Shown: in pieces, positions 19,669-29,894 of the stretch
How positions within the stretch are numbered: position 1 is the stretch's first letter
How the letters are laid out: every line of letters starts with the position of its first letter
Notes under the pieces: model-generated
Told to the model about the DNA's origin: nothing
Databases searched by the model: none
The model's input: the letters and a program-made list of their open reading frames with translations, nothing else
Origin: Flavobacteriia bacterium
GTDB lineage: Bacteria > Bacteroidota > Bacteroidia > Flavobacteriales > Flavobacteriaceae
Length of the DNA stretch: 46,443 bases
Assembly: GCA_030617765.1 (NCBI GenBank)
Contig: JAUWUU010000001.1
Location: forward strand, 1-46,443
Direction of reading: 5' to 3'
Position numbers and translations under genes: made by a program

Positions 19669-20991
19669 TTATTTATAAACTTCTTTGATAAAGTTCTCGT
19701 AAGTGATCTCTTTAGATTTTAGATTTACGTTTTCTTTAAAGAAATTTAATAACTTCTCACTCATTAATTGATCCGATAAGCGCTTTGCTTCTTCCTGATT
19801 AGCCAGAACTCTGTTTGCAACTTCATCTAATTCTTTTTCTTCAGGATTAGAATTTCCAAATTGAGCCATTTGTTCTCTAATAAATTTCTTGGAGAATTCT
19901 TTTAGATCTTCATAAGAAACATTAAGATCATTGTCTTTACTCAATTTATTCTCAATCAATTGATAACGCAATCCCTTTTCTGAATTCTTATATTCTTCAA
20001 CTGCTTGTTCAGGAGTTAAAGGCTTTTCTCCGGCAACAGCTAACCATTTTTGCAGAAACTCTGCTGGCAGATCGAACTTTGTGTTTTCAATTAAACTTTC
20101 TGTTACAGCATTTAATAAATGTTGATCAGATTGTTGTTTAAATTGTTTTTCGGCATCTTCCTTTAGTTTTGATCTAAATTCATCTTCATTCTTTACAATA
20201 CCTTCACCAAAAATTTTATCAAATAATTCTTGATTAATTTCAGTTAATTCTGTTTCGGTAATTTCCTCAATCGTAAAAGTTAATGGAATATCCAATCCGT
20301 GAATATCATCATGTGAAACTCCCAATACATTCATTAACATGTGATCATCAGTAAATAATCCTTTAGATTTTAAAGAAATCACATCACCTACTTTTTTACC
20401 AATTAATTGTTTTTTATTGACCTTACCTTTGATCTTATCTAATTTGAAAGTTGATTTTTTATCAATTTCTTTTTCTTCATTAACAAAGGTTCCGGTAATA
20501 TTTGAATTTTCAACAATTGCTTCTTGTGTAATTAATTTACCGTACTGTTCCTGAATATTTACAATTTGATCATCGATCATTTTATCATCAGCAATAATTT
20601 TATATGCTTTAATCGATTTTTTAGGTTTTAGATCTATTTCAAAATTTGGAGCAATCCCTAATTCAAATTCAAAAGAAAAATCATCTGAATCCCATGTAAA
20701 ATTATCTTGTTGTTTTGGTAAAGGATTACCTAAAACATCCAACTTCTCATCAACCAAATATTTACTTAATGTGTCTTGTAACAGTTTGTTCACTTCATCA
20801 ATGATCGCAGATTTACCGTATTGTTTTTTAACCAGGCTCATAGGTACATGCCCTTTTCTAAATCCTGGTATATTGGCCTTTTTACGATAATCGCTTAAAA
20901 CACTATCAACTTTCTTTTGGTAATCTTCGTTTACGATATCAATTCTTATAATTGAATTCAGTTCGTCAATTTTTTCTTTCGTTATGTTCAT
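19669..20991 (-). CDS. tig: Trigger factor
   Basis: IPGFRKGHVP ribosome-binding signature; upstream of clpP-clpX; TAATTTTG promoter element at 21029-21036. Confidence 0.95.
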   Translation of the reverse strand: MNITKEKIDELNSIIRIDIVNEDYQKKVDSVLSDYRKKANIPGFRKGHVPMSLVKKQYGKSAIIDEVNKLLQDTLSKYLVDEKLDVLGNPLPKQQDNFTWDSDDFSFEFELGIAPNFEIDLKPKKSIKAYKIIADDKMIDDQIVNIQEQYGKLITQEAIVENSNITGTFVNEEKEIDKKSTFKLDKIKGKVNKKQLIGKKVGDVISLKSKGLFTDDHMLMNVLGVSHDDIHGLDIPLTFTIEEITETELTEINQELFDKIFGEGIVKNEDEFRSKLKEDAEKQFKQQSDQHLLNAVTESLIENTKFDLPAEFLQKWLAVAGEKPLTPEQAVEEYKNSEKGLRYQLIENKLSKDNDLNVSYEDLKEFSKKFIREQMAQFGNSNPEEKELDEVANRVLANQEEAKRLSDQLMSEKLLNFFKENVNLKSKEITYENFIKEVYK

Positions 20992-21124
20992 TTTACTGAT
21001 TTATTTAACTTTTCGAATTTTGAAGCTGCAAAATTAATAAATTTAAAACACATATCAACAATGTTTATTTCAAAACACTTCAAACAAAGCTTAATGATGT
21101 GTTAAATTTTAATATAATTGGGAT

Positions 21125-21169
21125 AAAAAACAAAAATGACTTTTCTTATTTCTTAAGAAAAGCCATTTT
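21125..21169 (-). terminator. Intrinsic terminator of the pdxJ-hydrolase-membrane protein operon
   Basis: AAAATGACTTTTCTTA / TAAGAAAAGCCATTTT 16-bp stem (one G-U pair on the minus strand) followed by U-tracts. Confidence 0.75.
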
Positions 21170-21194
21170 ATCATTAAAATATAAATGTAAAAAC

Positions 21195-21536
21195 TTAATC
21201 TTTATCGATGACTTTGTACAAAATTGATTGTACTATTGATAATAAAATACTAAAAAGAAGTGCAACCCAAAAACCAGATACTTCAAATCCATCAATTAAT
21301 TTGCTTGCCATAAGTACGATTAATGCATTTATGACGAATAAAAATAACCCTAATGTTAAAATAGTAACGGGCAGTGTTAAAACAACCAAAATTGGTTTTA
21401 GAATTGCATAGAGAAGGCCAAGTATAACTGCAACCCATATCGCTGTAATATAAGTATCTACAGTTACTCCGGGTAGAATATACTCAATAGCAAGAACAGC
21501 AATCGCTGTCAATAAAATTTTTAAAATAAATTGCAT
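21195..21536 (-). CDS. YvlD/DUF360 4-TM membrane protein (Phage_holin_4_2 family)
   Basis: LKPILVVLTLPVTILTLGLFLFVINA and GFEVSGFW signature. Confidence 0.88.
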   Translation of the reverse strand: MQFILKILLTAIAVLAIEYILPGVTVDTYITAIWVAVILGLLYAILKPILVVLTLPVTILTLGLFLFVINALIVLMASKLIDGFEVSGFWVALLFSILLSIVQSILYKVIDKD

Positions 21537-21574
21537 ACAGTTTAGTTTTTAATATTAATAATGAGCCAAATTAA

Positions 21575-22342
21575 TCATTTTTTTAAAAATCTAATAATTA
21601 TATTAAAAAAATCGTTTGGATTCTCTGCGTGTAACCAATGCCCAGCACGCGTAATTGTTTCAATATAAGAGTTTGGAAAATGATCCTTTATCAACACTTC
21701 ATCTTCACGTAAAATATAATCTGAATTCTCCCCTCTTAAGAATAATGTCTCTCCTTCAAATTGCGTGAATAGTGGCAGAGCTTCTCCAACTTCTTCAACA
21801 TTATCAGTTAAACTTTGTAAGTTTATACGAAATGCAAAACTATCTTTTGTTTTACGATAAACATTTTTAAGTAAAAATTGTCTGATCCTGGATTCAGAAA
21901 TATGATTTTTTAGAATTTCATCTATCTCATTTCTTGACTTAATAACAGAAAAATCTACTGAATGTAGTGCTTTAAAAATAAATTGATGATGAAGAGGATA
22001 ATATTTTGGTGCAATATCAGCAACTATTAATTTATTAACTTTTTCAGAAAATTCCACAGCAAATAACATTCCAACTTTACCTCCCATTGAATGACCCAAA
22101 ATATTTACCTTAGATAGCTTATAATATGAAATATAATAAAGTAGATCTTCAACCATCAGCTCATAAGAAAAATCTTCGCTATGAAAACTTCTTCCGTGAT
22201 TTCTATGATCAATTATATGCACTTGAAAGTCGCTGGAAAACTTATTGGCTAAAGTTTTCCAATTATCACCCATACCAAAAAATCCATGTAAGATTAGTAG
22301 CGGTTCTCCAGAGCCTAATATAATTGAGTGCAACAATTGCAT
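21575..22342 (-). CDS. Alpha/beta hydrolase, YbfF-like esterase
   Basis: LHGFFGMGDNW, RNHGRS, GHSMGG nucleophile elbow, AGHWLHAENP. Confidence 0.9.
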   Translation of the reverse strand: MQLLHSIILGSGEPLLILHGFFGMGDNWKTLANKFSSDFQVHIIDHRNHGRSFHSEDFSYELMVEDLLYYISYYKLSKVNILGHSMGGKVGMLFAVEFSEKVNKLIVADIAPKYYPLHHQFIFKALHSVDFSVIKSRNEIDEILKNHISESRIRQFLLKNVYRKTKDSFAFRINLQSLTDNVEEVGEALPLFTQFEGETLFLRGENSDYILREDEVLIKDHFPNSYIETITRAGHWLHAENPNDFFNIIIRFLKK

Positions 22343-23055
22343 TATTTTAACTTTTGCAAATACATACTAACAACGTTTTGCAAGCCAAAATATAAAGCCT
22401 CAGCAATTAATGCATGACCTATGGAAACCTCTAACAAATTAGGTATTTTACTAGAAAAATATTGAATATTCTCTAAATTTAAATCATGACCAGCATTTAA
22501 TCCCATTCCTAGATTATTAGCTTTAATTGCAGCTTCAATAAATGGTTTGATACCTTCTTTGTTTCCATTAGTAAAATCAACAGCAAAAGATTCGGTATAT
22601 AATTCTATTCTATCCGTTCCTGTTTTTGCAGCTGCTTCAATTAATTTCAGATCAGTTCCCATAAAAATGGAAGTTCTTATATTATTTCTTTTAAACTCAG
22701 CAACAACCTCTTTTAAAAAACCTTGATTTGTAACAGTATCCCATCCTGCATTAGATGTAATTGCATCAACAGCGTCCGGAACCAAAGTAACTTGTGTCGG
22801 TTTGATTTTTAATACCAGATCAATAAATTTAGGAATTGGATTTCCTTCAATATTGAATTCGGTAGTGATAACCGGTAATAGATCATAAACATCCTGATAC
22901 CGGATATGACGTTCATCAGGTCGCGGATGCACCGTTATTCCTTGTGCTCCAAATTCTTGCAAATCAATTGCTGCTTGAACTACATTTGGGTAATCACCTC
23001 CTCTGGCATTCCGTAAAGTTGCAATTTTATTAATATTAACACTTAATTTTGTCAT
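22342..23055 (-). CDS. pdxJ: Pyridoxine 5'-phosphate synthase
   Basis: LSVNINKIATLRNAR, GITVHPRPDERHI, NAGHDL, EVSIGHALI. Confidence 0.97.
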   Translation of the reverse strand: MTKLSVNINKIATLRNARGGDYPNVVQAAIDLQEFGAQGITVHPRPDERHIRYQDVYDLLPVITTEFNIEGNPIPKFIDLVLKIKPTQVTLVPDAVDAITSNAGWDTVTNQGFLKEVVAEFKRNNIRTSIFMGTDLKLIEAAAKTGTDRIELYTESFAVDFTNGNKEGIKPFIEAAIKANNLGMGLNAGHDLNLENIQYFSSKIPNLLEVSIGHALIAEALYFGLQNVVSMYLQKLK

Positions 23056-23147
23056 AGTTATATAAATAAGGAAAAATCATTTCAATTAATTGTTTACAAA
23101 ACTAACCTATTTCAATATTATTTTAGTTATTTTGTATCTAGTTTATA

Positions 23148-23807
23148 ATGCAAGCAATAGATTACATATCAAAAGATATTAAACCTATTCGTTTAACCGA
23201 CGATGTTAAAAAAGTTCAATTGCTTTTTGAACATGTTACCTTTACACATTTACCTGTAATTAATAAAAATACATTTTGCGGCAGTTTGGCCAAAAATGAT
23301 ATAGATTTTGTTAAAAAATCCAATCAAAAAATTGAAGGATTTAAAAATTATTTTAAACCGTTATATGTTTTAGAAAATGCCAGCTGGTTTGAAGTGCTTC
23401 AAACATTTGCAAATAATAATTGCAATTTTTTACCGGTTTTGGAAATAAAAAAAAAGTATATTGGTTATTATGAGCTAAATGACTTTATAACCATTTTTAA
23501 TGGCACTCCTTTTTTATATGAAGAAGGTGTAATTTTAACCATATCAAAAGGAATCAATGATTATTCATTTAGCGAGATTTCACAAATTGTTGAAACTAAT
23601 AATGCCACTCTATTTGGAGCTTTTGTTTCAAAAATTGATGACGAAACTGCAACAATAACGCTAAAATTAAGTCCACATGACATTAACAATACCATGCTTT
23701 CTTTTAGACGATATGGTTATTTGATCTTGTCAGAAACACACGAGGATAAATATTTAGACAATTTAAAAGATCGGTCAGATTACTTAGAAAAATACTTGAA
23801 TATTTAA
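23148..23807 (+). CDS. CBS domain protein (AcuB-like, C-terminal ACT-like region)
   Basis: Two CBS-like repeats (HLPV, FLPV); DYSFSEISQIVE; usual position before NAD kinase in Bacteroidota. Confidence 0.8.
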   Translation: MQAIDYISKDIKPIRLTDDVKKVQLLFEHVTFTHLPVINKNTFCGSLAKNDIDFVKKSNQKIEGFKNYFKPLYVLENASWFEVLQTFANNNCNFLPVLEIKKKYIGYYELNDFITIFNGTPFLYEEGVILTISKGINDYSFSEISQIVETNNATLFGAFVSKIDDETATITLKLSPHDINNTMLSFRRYGYLILSETHEDKYLDNLKDRSDYLEKYLNI

Positions 23808-23819
23808 TTGGTTTTAATC

Positions 23820-24701
23820 ATGAAAGTTGGAATTTACGGACAAACAAACATTGAGACCACTATTAATTATATCAAAATATTGGTGGATACTTTAAGCAGA
23901 TACGAAACAACCATTGTATTTGAAAAGAATATTTATAACTACTACAAAGACCAATTTAAAACAAAAACCTTTGAAACATTCTCAAATTATGATGATTTAA
24001 ACGCTTCATTTGATCTGTTTTTTAGTGTTGGTGGTGATGGAACTTTTTTACGATCAGTTACTTTTGTAAGGGATCTAAATATCCCAATTATAGGTATAAA
24101 TACTGGGCGACTTGGTTTTTTAGCAACTATTCAAAAAGAAAAAATTGAGGAATCTATTGCCCAAATAATGCTAAAGAACTACACCATAAGCAAACGTACT
24201 TTATTATGTGTGTGTTCTGACAACAATAATAAAGCATTAAACGAAGTTAATTTTGCATTAAACGAAGTTGCAATAAGCAGGAAAAACACAGCTTCAATGA
24301 TAACAGTTGAAACTTATTTGGATGATGAATATTTAAGCACTTATTGGAGTGATGGCCTGATCATTTCAACACCTACGGGATCTACAGGTTATTCATTGAG
24401 TTGTGGTGGACCAATAATATCACCTTCTTCAAAAAATATTGTTTTAACTCCTATTGCTCCCCATAGTTTAAGTGTGCGTCCTTTGGTTATACCCGAAGAA
24501 ACTAAAATTGAACTAAAAGTAGGTAGCCGCACTAATGAAGTTTTTATTTCATTAGATTCACGCATTATAACAATAAGTGATACAACTAATATCATTATCA
24601 ACAAATGTAATTTTACAATTAAAACAATACTTTTAAACAAACAATCTTTTATCAAAACCCTTCGTGAAAAACTCCTTTGGGGTGAAGATAAACGCAATTA
24701 A
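23820..24701 (+). CDS. nadK: NAD kinase
   Basis: GGDGTFL, GINTGRLGFL, NE motif, DGLIISTPTGSTGYSLSCGGP; ATG at 23820. Confidence 0.97.
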   Translation: MKVGIYGQTNIETTINYIKILVDTLSRYETTIVFEKNIYNYYKDQFKTKTFETFSNYDDLNASFDLFFSVGGDGTFLRSVTFVRDLNIPIIGINTGRLGFLATIQKEKIEESIAQIMLKNYTISKRTLLCVCSDNNNKALNEVNFALNEVAISRKNTASMITVETYLDDEYLSTYWSDGLIISTPTGSTGYSLSCGGPIISPSSKNIVLTPIAPHSLSVRPLVIPEETKIELKVGSRTNEVFISLDSRIITISDTTNIIINKCNFTIKTILLNKQSFIKTLREKLLWGEDKRN

Positions 24702-24809
24702 ATTTACTGTCTATACAACAATTTTACGCTTAAAATACTGTTATTCAAAAAAGACCATTCAAATCATTTAAAAGCAAATGTATTTTTATATATTTGCAAA
24801 CTGTTTTTT

Positions 24810-25502
24810 ATGAAGAAATTATATATAATTATATTGACGATCTTTATGTTTAGTTATACAACTATTTCATCTCAAATCAATGAGTTAGGTGTGTTTTTAG
24901 GCGGAAGTAATTATATTGGAGATATAGGAAGCACAAACTATATTTTCCCAAATAATTATGCTGTTGGAGGAATTTATAAGTGGAATTTGCATCCCAGGTT
25001 TAGTTTAAGGGCTACATATACCTATGCTAAAATCTCTGGAGATGATGCTAAATCAGGAAATTCTTATAGAGAATACCGGGGAAGAAGTTTTTCAAACTCC
25101 GTTCATGAACTTGCTGCAGGTATAGAATTTAATTTCTTTAAATATAATTTATCAAAAATTGGTTATACCAACACACCTTATATTATAGTTGAAGCTGCAG
25201 TTTCAAATTATGATACAAGAGAAAAAGGTAGAACTTTTAACTATACAATGCCCTTTGGTTTGGGTTATAAAATGCGCTTGGCTCATAATGTAGGTATTGC
25301 CATTGAAACATCATTTAGATATACTTTTAAAGATGATATTGATGGATATTACAATGGATTAACATATGAATCTGTAGATGGTTCTGGTTATCCGGTAATA
25401 AAAACAATTGATGATTCAAATGGAAATGACTGGTATGTTTTTACCGGAATAACAATAGTTTATGCCTTTGGTAGAGAAGGTTGCTATACCGGAAATTTTT
25501 AA
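24810..25502 (+). CDS. porG: Type IX secretion system PorG-like (DUF6089) outer-membrane beta-barrel
   Basis: Signal peptide; ELGVFLGGSNYIGD, RYTFKDDID, NDWYVFTG; upstream of uppS-bamA; TATATTTG element at 24789-24796. Confidence 0.75.
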   Translation: MKKLYIIILTIFMFSYTTISSQINELGVFLGGSNYIGDIGSTNYIFPNNYAVGGIYKWNLHPRFSLRATYTYAKISGDDAKSGNSYREYRGRSFSNSVHELAAGIEFNFFKYNLSKIGYTNTPYIIVEAAVSNYDTREKGRTFNYTMPFGLGYKMRLAHNVGIAIETSFRYTFKDDIDGYYNGLTYESVDGSGYPVIKTIDDSNGNDWYVFTGITIVYAFGREGCYTGNF

Positions 25503-25510
25503 ATTTAAGC

Positions 25511-26263
25511 ATGAGTTTAAGATCAAAAATAAAAAATGAATTTTTACCCAAACACGTTGCTGTTATTATGGATGGCAATGGAAGGTGGGCAAAAAAACGT
25601 GGATTAACTCGTGTTTTAGGTCATAGAAGAGGCGTAAATGCAGTTAGAGAAACTGTTGAAGCTGCATCCGAATTAAATATTAAAGCGCTAACCTTATATA
25701 CCTTTTCAACTGAGAATTGGAATCGTCCAAAAGCTGAAGTAAATACTTTAATGAGTATTTTAGTTAGCTCTCTTAAAAAAGAACTTCCTACTTTTCAAAA
25801 GAACAATGTCAAATTACAAACTATTGGAAACATTGAAAAGCTTCCTGTAAAAGCGAAAAAGGAATTAATAGAAACTATAGACAAAACTAAAAATAATACA
25901 CATTTAACATTAACCTTGGCACTTAATTACGGCTCGAGAGAAGAAATTGTTAATGCTACCAAACTTATTTCTAAAAAAATTGTTAATAATGAGCTAAAAG
26001 TCGAAGAAATTGATGAAAACACTATAAATAATCATTTATATACATTTACTTTGCCCGACGTTGATTTTTTGATAAGAACCAGCGGAGAATTGCGTATTAG
26101 CAATTTTTTACTTTGGCAAATTGCCTATGCCGAATTATATTTTACCGAGGTATTATGGCCAGATTTTAATAAAGAAGATTTTTATAAAGCAATCATCAAT
26201 TATCAAAGTAGAGAAAGACGATTTGGAAAAACTAGTGATCAAATTGAAAACATTAATGAATAA
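25511..26263 (+). CDS. uppS: Undecaprenyl diphosphate synthase
   Basis: HVAVIMDGNGRWA, FSTENWNRP, IRTSGELRISNFLLWQ, RERRFG; ATG at 25511. Confidence 0.97.
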   Translation: MSLRSKIKNEFLPKHVAVIMDGNGRWAKKRGLTRVLGHRRGVNAVRETVEAASELNIKALTLYTFSTENWNRPKAEVNTLMSILVSSLKKELPTFQKNNVKLQTIGNIEKLPVKAKKELIETIDKTKNNTHLTLTLALNYGSREEIVNATKLISKKIVNNELKVEEIDENTINNHLYTFTLPDVDFLIRTSGELRISNFLLWQIAYAELYFTEVLWPDFNKEDFYKAIINYQSRERRFGKTSDQIENINE

Positions 26264-28913
26264 GATAAAAGCCGGCATTTTTCTACTATTTTTGGTTTTG
26301 ACATTGATATCTGCATCAGCACAAAATCAGGATATTGTTAAAAAAATTGATACAATTACTCCAGTTTCTTCTGTTTTAGATACAATTACTCCTGTTTCTT
26401 CTGCTTTGGATACAATTACTCCAGTTTCTTCTGTTTTAGATTCAATTAATCCAGTTTCTTCTGCTTTGGATACTATTCCTGTAAAAGAAGAAATTAAAAC
26501 TCCATTAAACATAGATCTAAGTAAACCAAATAATTATACGATTGGTGGAGTTACAGTTACCGGAAATCAAACCATCTCAGAACAATCAATTTTGATTTTT
26601 TCCGGACTTGTTGCAGGTCAGGAAATAAAGATACCTGGAGATAAACTAACAGGTTCAATCAAAAAATTATGGAATTCAAAATTATTTAGCAACGTTGATA
26701 TTTATGCAACCAAAATGGATGGAAATGACATTTATTTAGAAATAAATGTATCTGAACTGGATAAAGTAGGAAATGTGACCATAAAAGGTATCAAAAAATC
26801 AAAAATTGAAGAGTTAAGTAAAGAAATTGAATTTCAAAAAGGTTCAATGCTTACTGAAAATCTGGTCACTACAACTAAAAATCAAATTCAGGATAAATAT
26901 AAAGAAAAAGGATTTTTAAATACTAAAGTAACCATAAGTACCAAACTCGATACTTCCAATATAAATATACAGGATGCCTTAATCTTAGTTGACCAAGGAG
27001 AAAAAATTAAAATTAAGAATATCACTTTCCATGGTAACAGCAGATTAGATGATAAAAAGTTAAAAAGACAACTAAAAAAAACTAAGGAAAATACATTAAT
27101 AAACATTTTTAAATCATCAAAATATATTGAAGATCTCTATACTGAAGATCTAGATAAAGTAATTGAAAAGTATCAGGAAGTAGGATTTAGAGACGCTGTA
27201 ATTATAAAAGATTCAATTTCTTTTAATGATGATAACACCATAAACCTTGATATTACCGTTAATGAAGGTGATAGGTACAAATTTGGGGAAATTGCATTTT
27301 TAGGAAATACTGTTTTTACAGATCAACAATTACAAAGTTTGATTCAGATTGAAGATGGGGTTACTTATAATGGAAAACTACTTAATGAACGTGTTAAAGG
27401 TGATGGCACTCCAGATTCAAAAGATATTACAAATACTTATTTGGATAATGGTTATTTATTTTCAAGAGTTAATTTGGTTGAAACCAGCGCTGAAAATAAC
27501 ACTATTGATATAGAAGTAAGGATTGTTGAAGATGAGGCTGCAACTATTAATAAAGTTACAGTAACAGGAAATGATGTAACTAACGATCATGTTTTATATC
27601 GTGAAATATGGACTCGTCCCGGTGATCTGTTCAGTAAATCTAACATCATTCGTTCTATTCGTGAATTAGGGCAATTAGGATTTATAGATGCTGAAAATAT
27701 TGTACCTGATGTACAGCCAAACTACGCTGAAAAAACAACTGATATTGAATATAGTTTATCTGAAAAAGGTTCCAGTCAAATTGAATTACAAGGTGGTTAT
27801 GGGGGAGGTGCCTTTGTTGGTACACTAGCTCTATCATTTAATAATTTTTCAATTAAAAATATTTTTAATTGGGATAAATACAAACCTGTACCAAGAGGTG
27901 ATGGTCAAAGTATTTCTTTGAGGTTACAGGCAAGTAAATTCTCAAGAGTTTACAGTTTATCATTTTCTGAACCCTGGTGGGGAGGTAAACGTCCAAAAGG
28001 ATTTAATTTTTCAATCTATAATTCACGTCAATACTCTTACAATCCGTATGAACAAGATGTTGATAAAGATCAACGATTAGATATTACCGGTGCATCTATT
28101 GGATTGAGCCAAAGATTAAAATGGCCTGATGACTATTTTACGCTATCTACATCTTTGAATTATCAAAGATTTGACCTTCAAGATTTCTTTTTATCAACTT
28201 TTGGCTATAATAATGGTATCTCAAATAATGTAAACTTTTCAATAAATTTTGGTAGAAATTCTGCAGGTCCTAGCCCAATCTATCCCAGACATGGTTCTCA
28301 ATTTAATGTCATTGCTGAAATTACGCCACCATACTCTTCTTTCAATAACAAGGATTATTCAGTTATGACCGATGAAGAAAAATTTGAGTGGTTAGAATAT
28401 TACAAAATTAATTTTAACGGTAAATGGTATACCCAAATATGGAAAGATCTGATTTTAATGTCAAATGCCGAATTTGGATTCTTAGGTGCTTATAATGATG
28501 ATATTGGTGTTTCACCTTTCGAGCGTTTTTATGTTGGTGGTGACGGTATGGCTACTGGCCAGTTTGACGGAAGACAAGTTGTTGCCTTAAGGGGTTATCC
28601 CAATTCCAGTTTAACATCTGTTACTGGCGGTACTGTCTATAATAAAATTGCTTTTGAGTTAAGATATGCGATTACCTTAAAACCTTCGGCATCAATTTAT
28701 GCCCTAACATTTTTAGAAGGAGGTAATTCATTTGATAGTTTTGAAAATTTTAAACCTTTTGTGTTAAAAAGATCCGCAGGAGCTGGTATCAGAGTATTTA
28801 TGCCTGCCTTTGGTTTATTAGGTATTGACTTTGGATATGGGTTTGACAATATACCCGGAACATTTGAAAAATCTGGATGGCAAACACATTTCATAATCGG
28901 TCAACAATTTTGA
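26256..28913 (+). CDS. bamA: Outer membrane protein assembly factor BamA
   Basis: Signal peptide from ATG at 26256; POTRA repeats; SSQIELQGGYG, ERFYVGG, LRGY, DFGYG, C-terminal GQQF. Confidence 0.95.
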   Translation: MNKIKAGIFLLFLVLTLISASAQNQDIVKKIDTITPVSSVLDTITPVSSALDTITPVSSVLDSINPVSSALDTIPVKEEIKTPLNIDLSKPNNYTIGGVTVTGNQTISEQSILIFSGLVAGQEIKIPGDKLTGSIKKLWNSKLFSNVDIYATKMDGNDIYLEINVSELDKVGNVTIKGIKKSKIEELSKEIEFQKGSMLTENLVTTTKNQIQDKYKEKGFLNTKVTISTKLDTSNINIQDALILVDQGEKIKIKNITFHGNSRLDDKKLKRQLKKTKENTLINIFKSSKYIEDLYTEDLDKVIEKYQEVGFRDAVIIKDSISFNDDNTINLDITVNEGDRYKFGEIAFLGNTVFTDQQLQSLIQIEDGVTYNGKLLNERVKGDGTPDSKDITNTYLDNGYLFSRVNLVETSAENNTIDIEVRIVEDEAATINKVTVTGNDVTNDHVLYREIWTRPGDLFSKSNIIRSIRELGQLGFIDAENIVPDVQPNYAEKTTDIEYSLSEKGSSQIELQGGYGGGAFVGTLALSFNNFSIKNIFNWDKYKPVPRGDGQSISLRLQASKFSRVYSLSFSEPWWGGKRPKGFNFSIYNSRQYSYNPYEQDVDKDQRLDITGASIGLSQRLKWPDDYFTLSTSLNYQRFDLQDFFLSTFGYNNGISNNVNFSINFGRNSAGPSPIYPRHGSQFNVIAEITPPYSSFNNKDYSVMTDEEKFEWLEYYKINFNGKWYTQIWKDLILMSNAEFGFLGAYNDDIGVSPFERFYVGGDGMATGQFDGRQVVALRGYPNSSLTSVTGGTVYNKIAFELRYAITLKPSASIYALTFLEGGNSFDSFENFKPFVLKRSAGAGIRVFMPAFGLLGIDFGYGFDNIPGTFEKSGWQTHFIIGQQF
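26349..26483 (+). repeat. 30-bp in-frame tandem repeat (about 4.5 copies) in bamA
   Basis: Unit GATACAATTACTCC(A/T)GTTTCTTCTG(T/C)TTT(A/G) at 26349, 26379, 26409, 26439 and partial at 26469; encodes DTITPVSS(V/A)L. Confidence 0.97.
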
Positions 28914-28922
28914 GTAATTTAG

Positions 28923-28962
28923 TATCTTTGCCAGGAAATATAAATTTGGCACGATATTTTCA
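28923..28962 (+). promoter_or_regulatory. Sigma-A -7 element plus sigma-54-like element upstream of skp
   Basis: TATCTTTG at 28923-28930; TGGCACG-ATAT-TTTC at 28947-28961 versus RpoN consensus TGGCACG-N4-TTGC. Confidence 0.45.
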
Positions 28963-28977
28963 AAGATTAATTAAATT

Positions 28978-29853
28978 ATGATAAAAAAAATATTTTTTAT
29001 CGCAACGCTTATTATAAGTTCATTGACTTTTGGTCAAAAAGCCCAAAGGATTGCCTATATTGATATGGATTATATTTTAGAGAATGTTCCTGAATATACT
29101 CAAGCACAATCCCGTTTAAATGAAAAAGTTAAACTCTGGCAACAGAAATTAGATGGATATTCAACTGAGATAGAAGATCTAAATACAAGCTTGAATAATG
29201 AAAAAACATTATTGACCAAAGAAATGATTGTTGAACGTGAAGAAGATATTCTTATTAAACAACAAGAATTAAAAAGGTTACAGACTGCCTATTTTGGCGC
29301 TGAAGGTGATTTGTTTAGAATGCGTAAACAGTTTGTAAAACCTGTTCAAGATCAAGTATTTAATGCAATTCAAGAGATTGCTGCAAGAAAAAAATTCGAT
29401 TTTGTTTTTGATAGATCAAGTGATCTGATCATGCTTTACAGTAATAATAAATTTGATATCAGCGAATTGGTTTTGAATTCTATTGTAAAAGACAGAAAAA
29501 GAAAAACTATTGAAGATCAAAAAAATGAAAGAATTTCAGGAGCTAAAAATGTTGAAGTAATTGATAATATTGCAGAAGATGGTGAAATCTTAACTGATGA
29601 TGAGTTTGCAACTGATGAAGGAGTTGAATCAATTGATCCTGAAATTATTAAACAACAAGAGGCTCAAAAACAATTAGATGAAAAAGAAGCCAAAAGAGCT
29701 GCTTTAAAATTAAGAATTAAAGAACAACAAGAAGCTCGTGAAAAACTAAGAGATTCTCTTAAAAGAGTATCTGAAGAAAGGAGAGCAGCAAAACTTAAAG
29801 AAATTGAAGAACGTAATAAACAACGTGATGATATTATAAATGACGACAATTAA
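28978..29853 (+). CDS. skp: OmpH/Skp periplasmic chaperone with long charged C-terminal extension
   Basis: Signal peptide; RIAYIDMDYIL, KPVQDQVFNAI, FDFVFD; about 120-aa acidic and coiled-coil tail. Confidence 0.9.
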   Translation: MIKKIFFIATLIISSLTFGQKAQRIAYIDMDYILENVPEYTQAQSRLNEKVKLWQQKLDGYSTEIEDLNTSLNNEKTLLTKEMIVEREEDILIKQQELKRLQTAYFGAEGDLFRMRKQFVKPVQDQVFNAIQEIAARKKFDFVFDRSSDLIMLYSNNKFDISELVLNSIVKDRKRKTIEDQKNERISGAKNVEVIDNIAEDGEILTDDEFATDEGVESIDPEIIKQQEAQKQLDEKEAKRAALKLRIKEQQEAREKLRDSLKRVSEERRAAKLKEIEERNKQRDDIINDDN

Positions 29854-29894
29854 ATTAAAACAACAAATATTATTATTAACAAATTATTTTAAAA

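Noticed and set aside
21195-21536. 'Phage holin family' protein as a prophage sign
   Set aside because: YvlD/DUF360 proteins are common chromosomal membrane proteins; no integrase, lysin or structural genes are nearby.
26121-26255. Extended BamA N-terminus in the ORF track
   Set aside because: It overlaps uppS; the signal peptide starts at ATG 26256 (a TTG at 26223 is possible).
26349-26483. 30-bp repeats as a CRISPR array
   Set aside because: Units are directly adjacent without spacers, in frame within bamA, and no cas genes are present.
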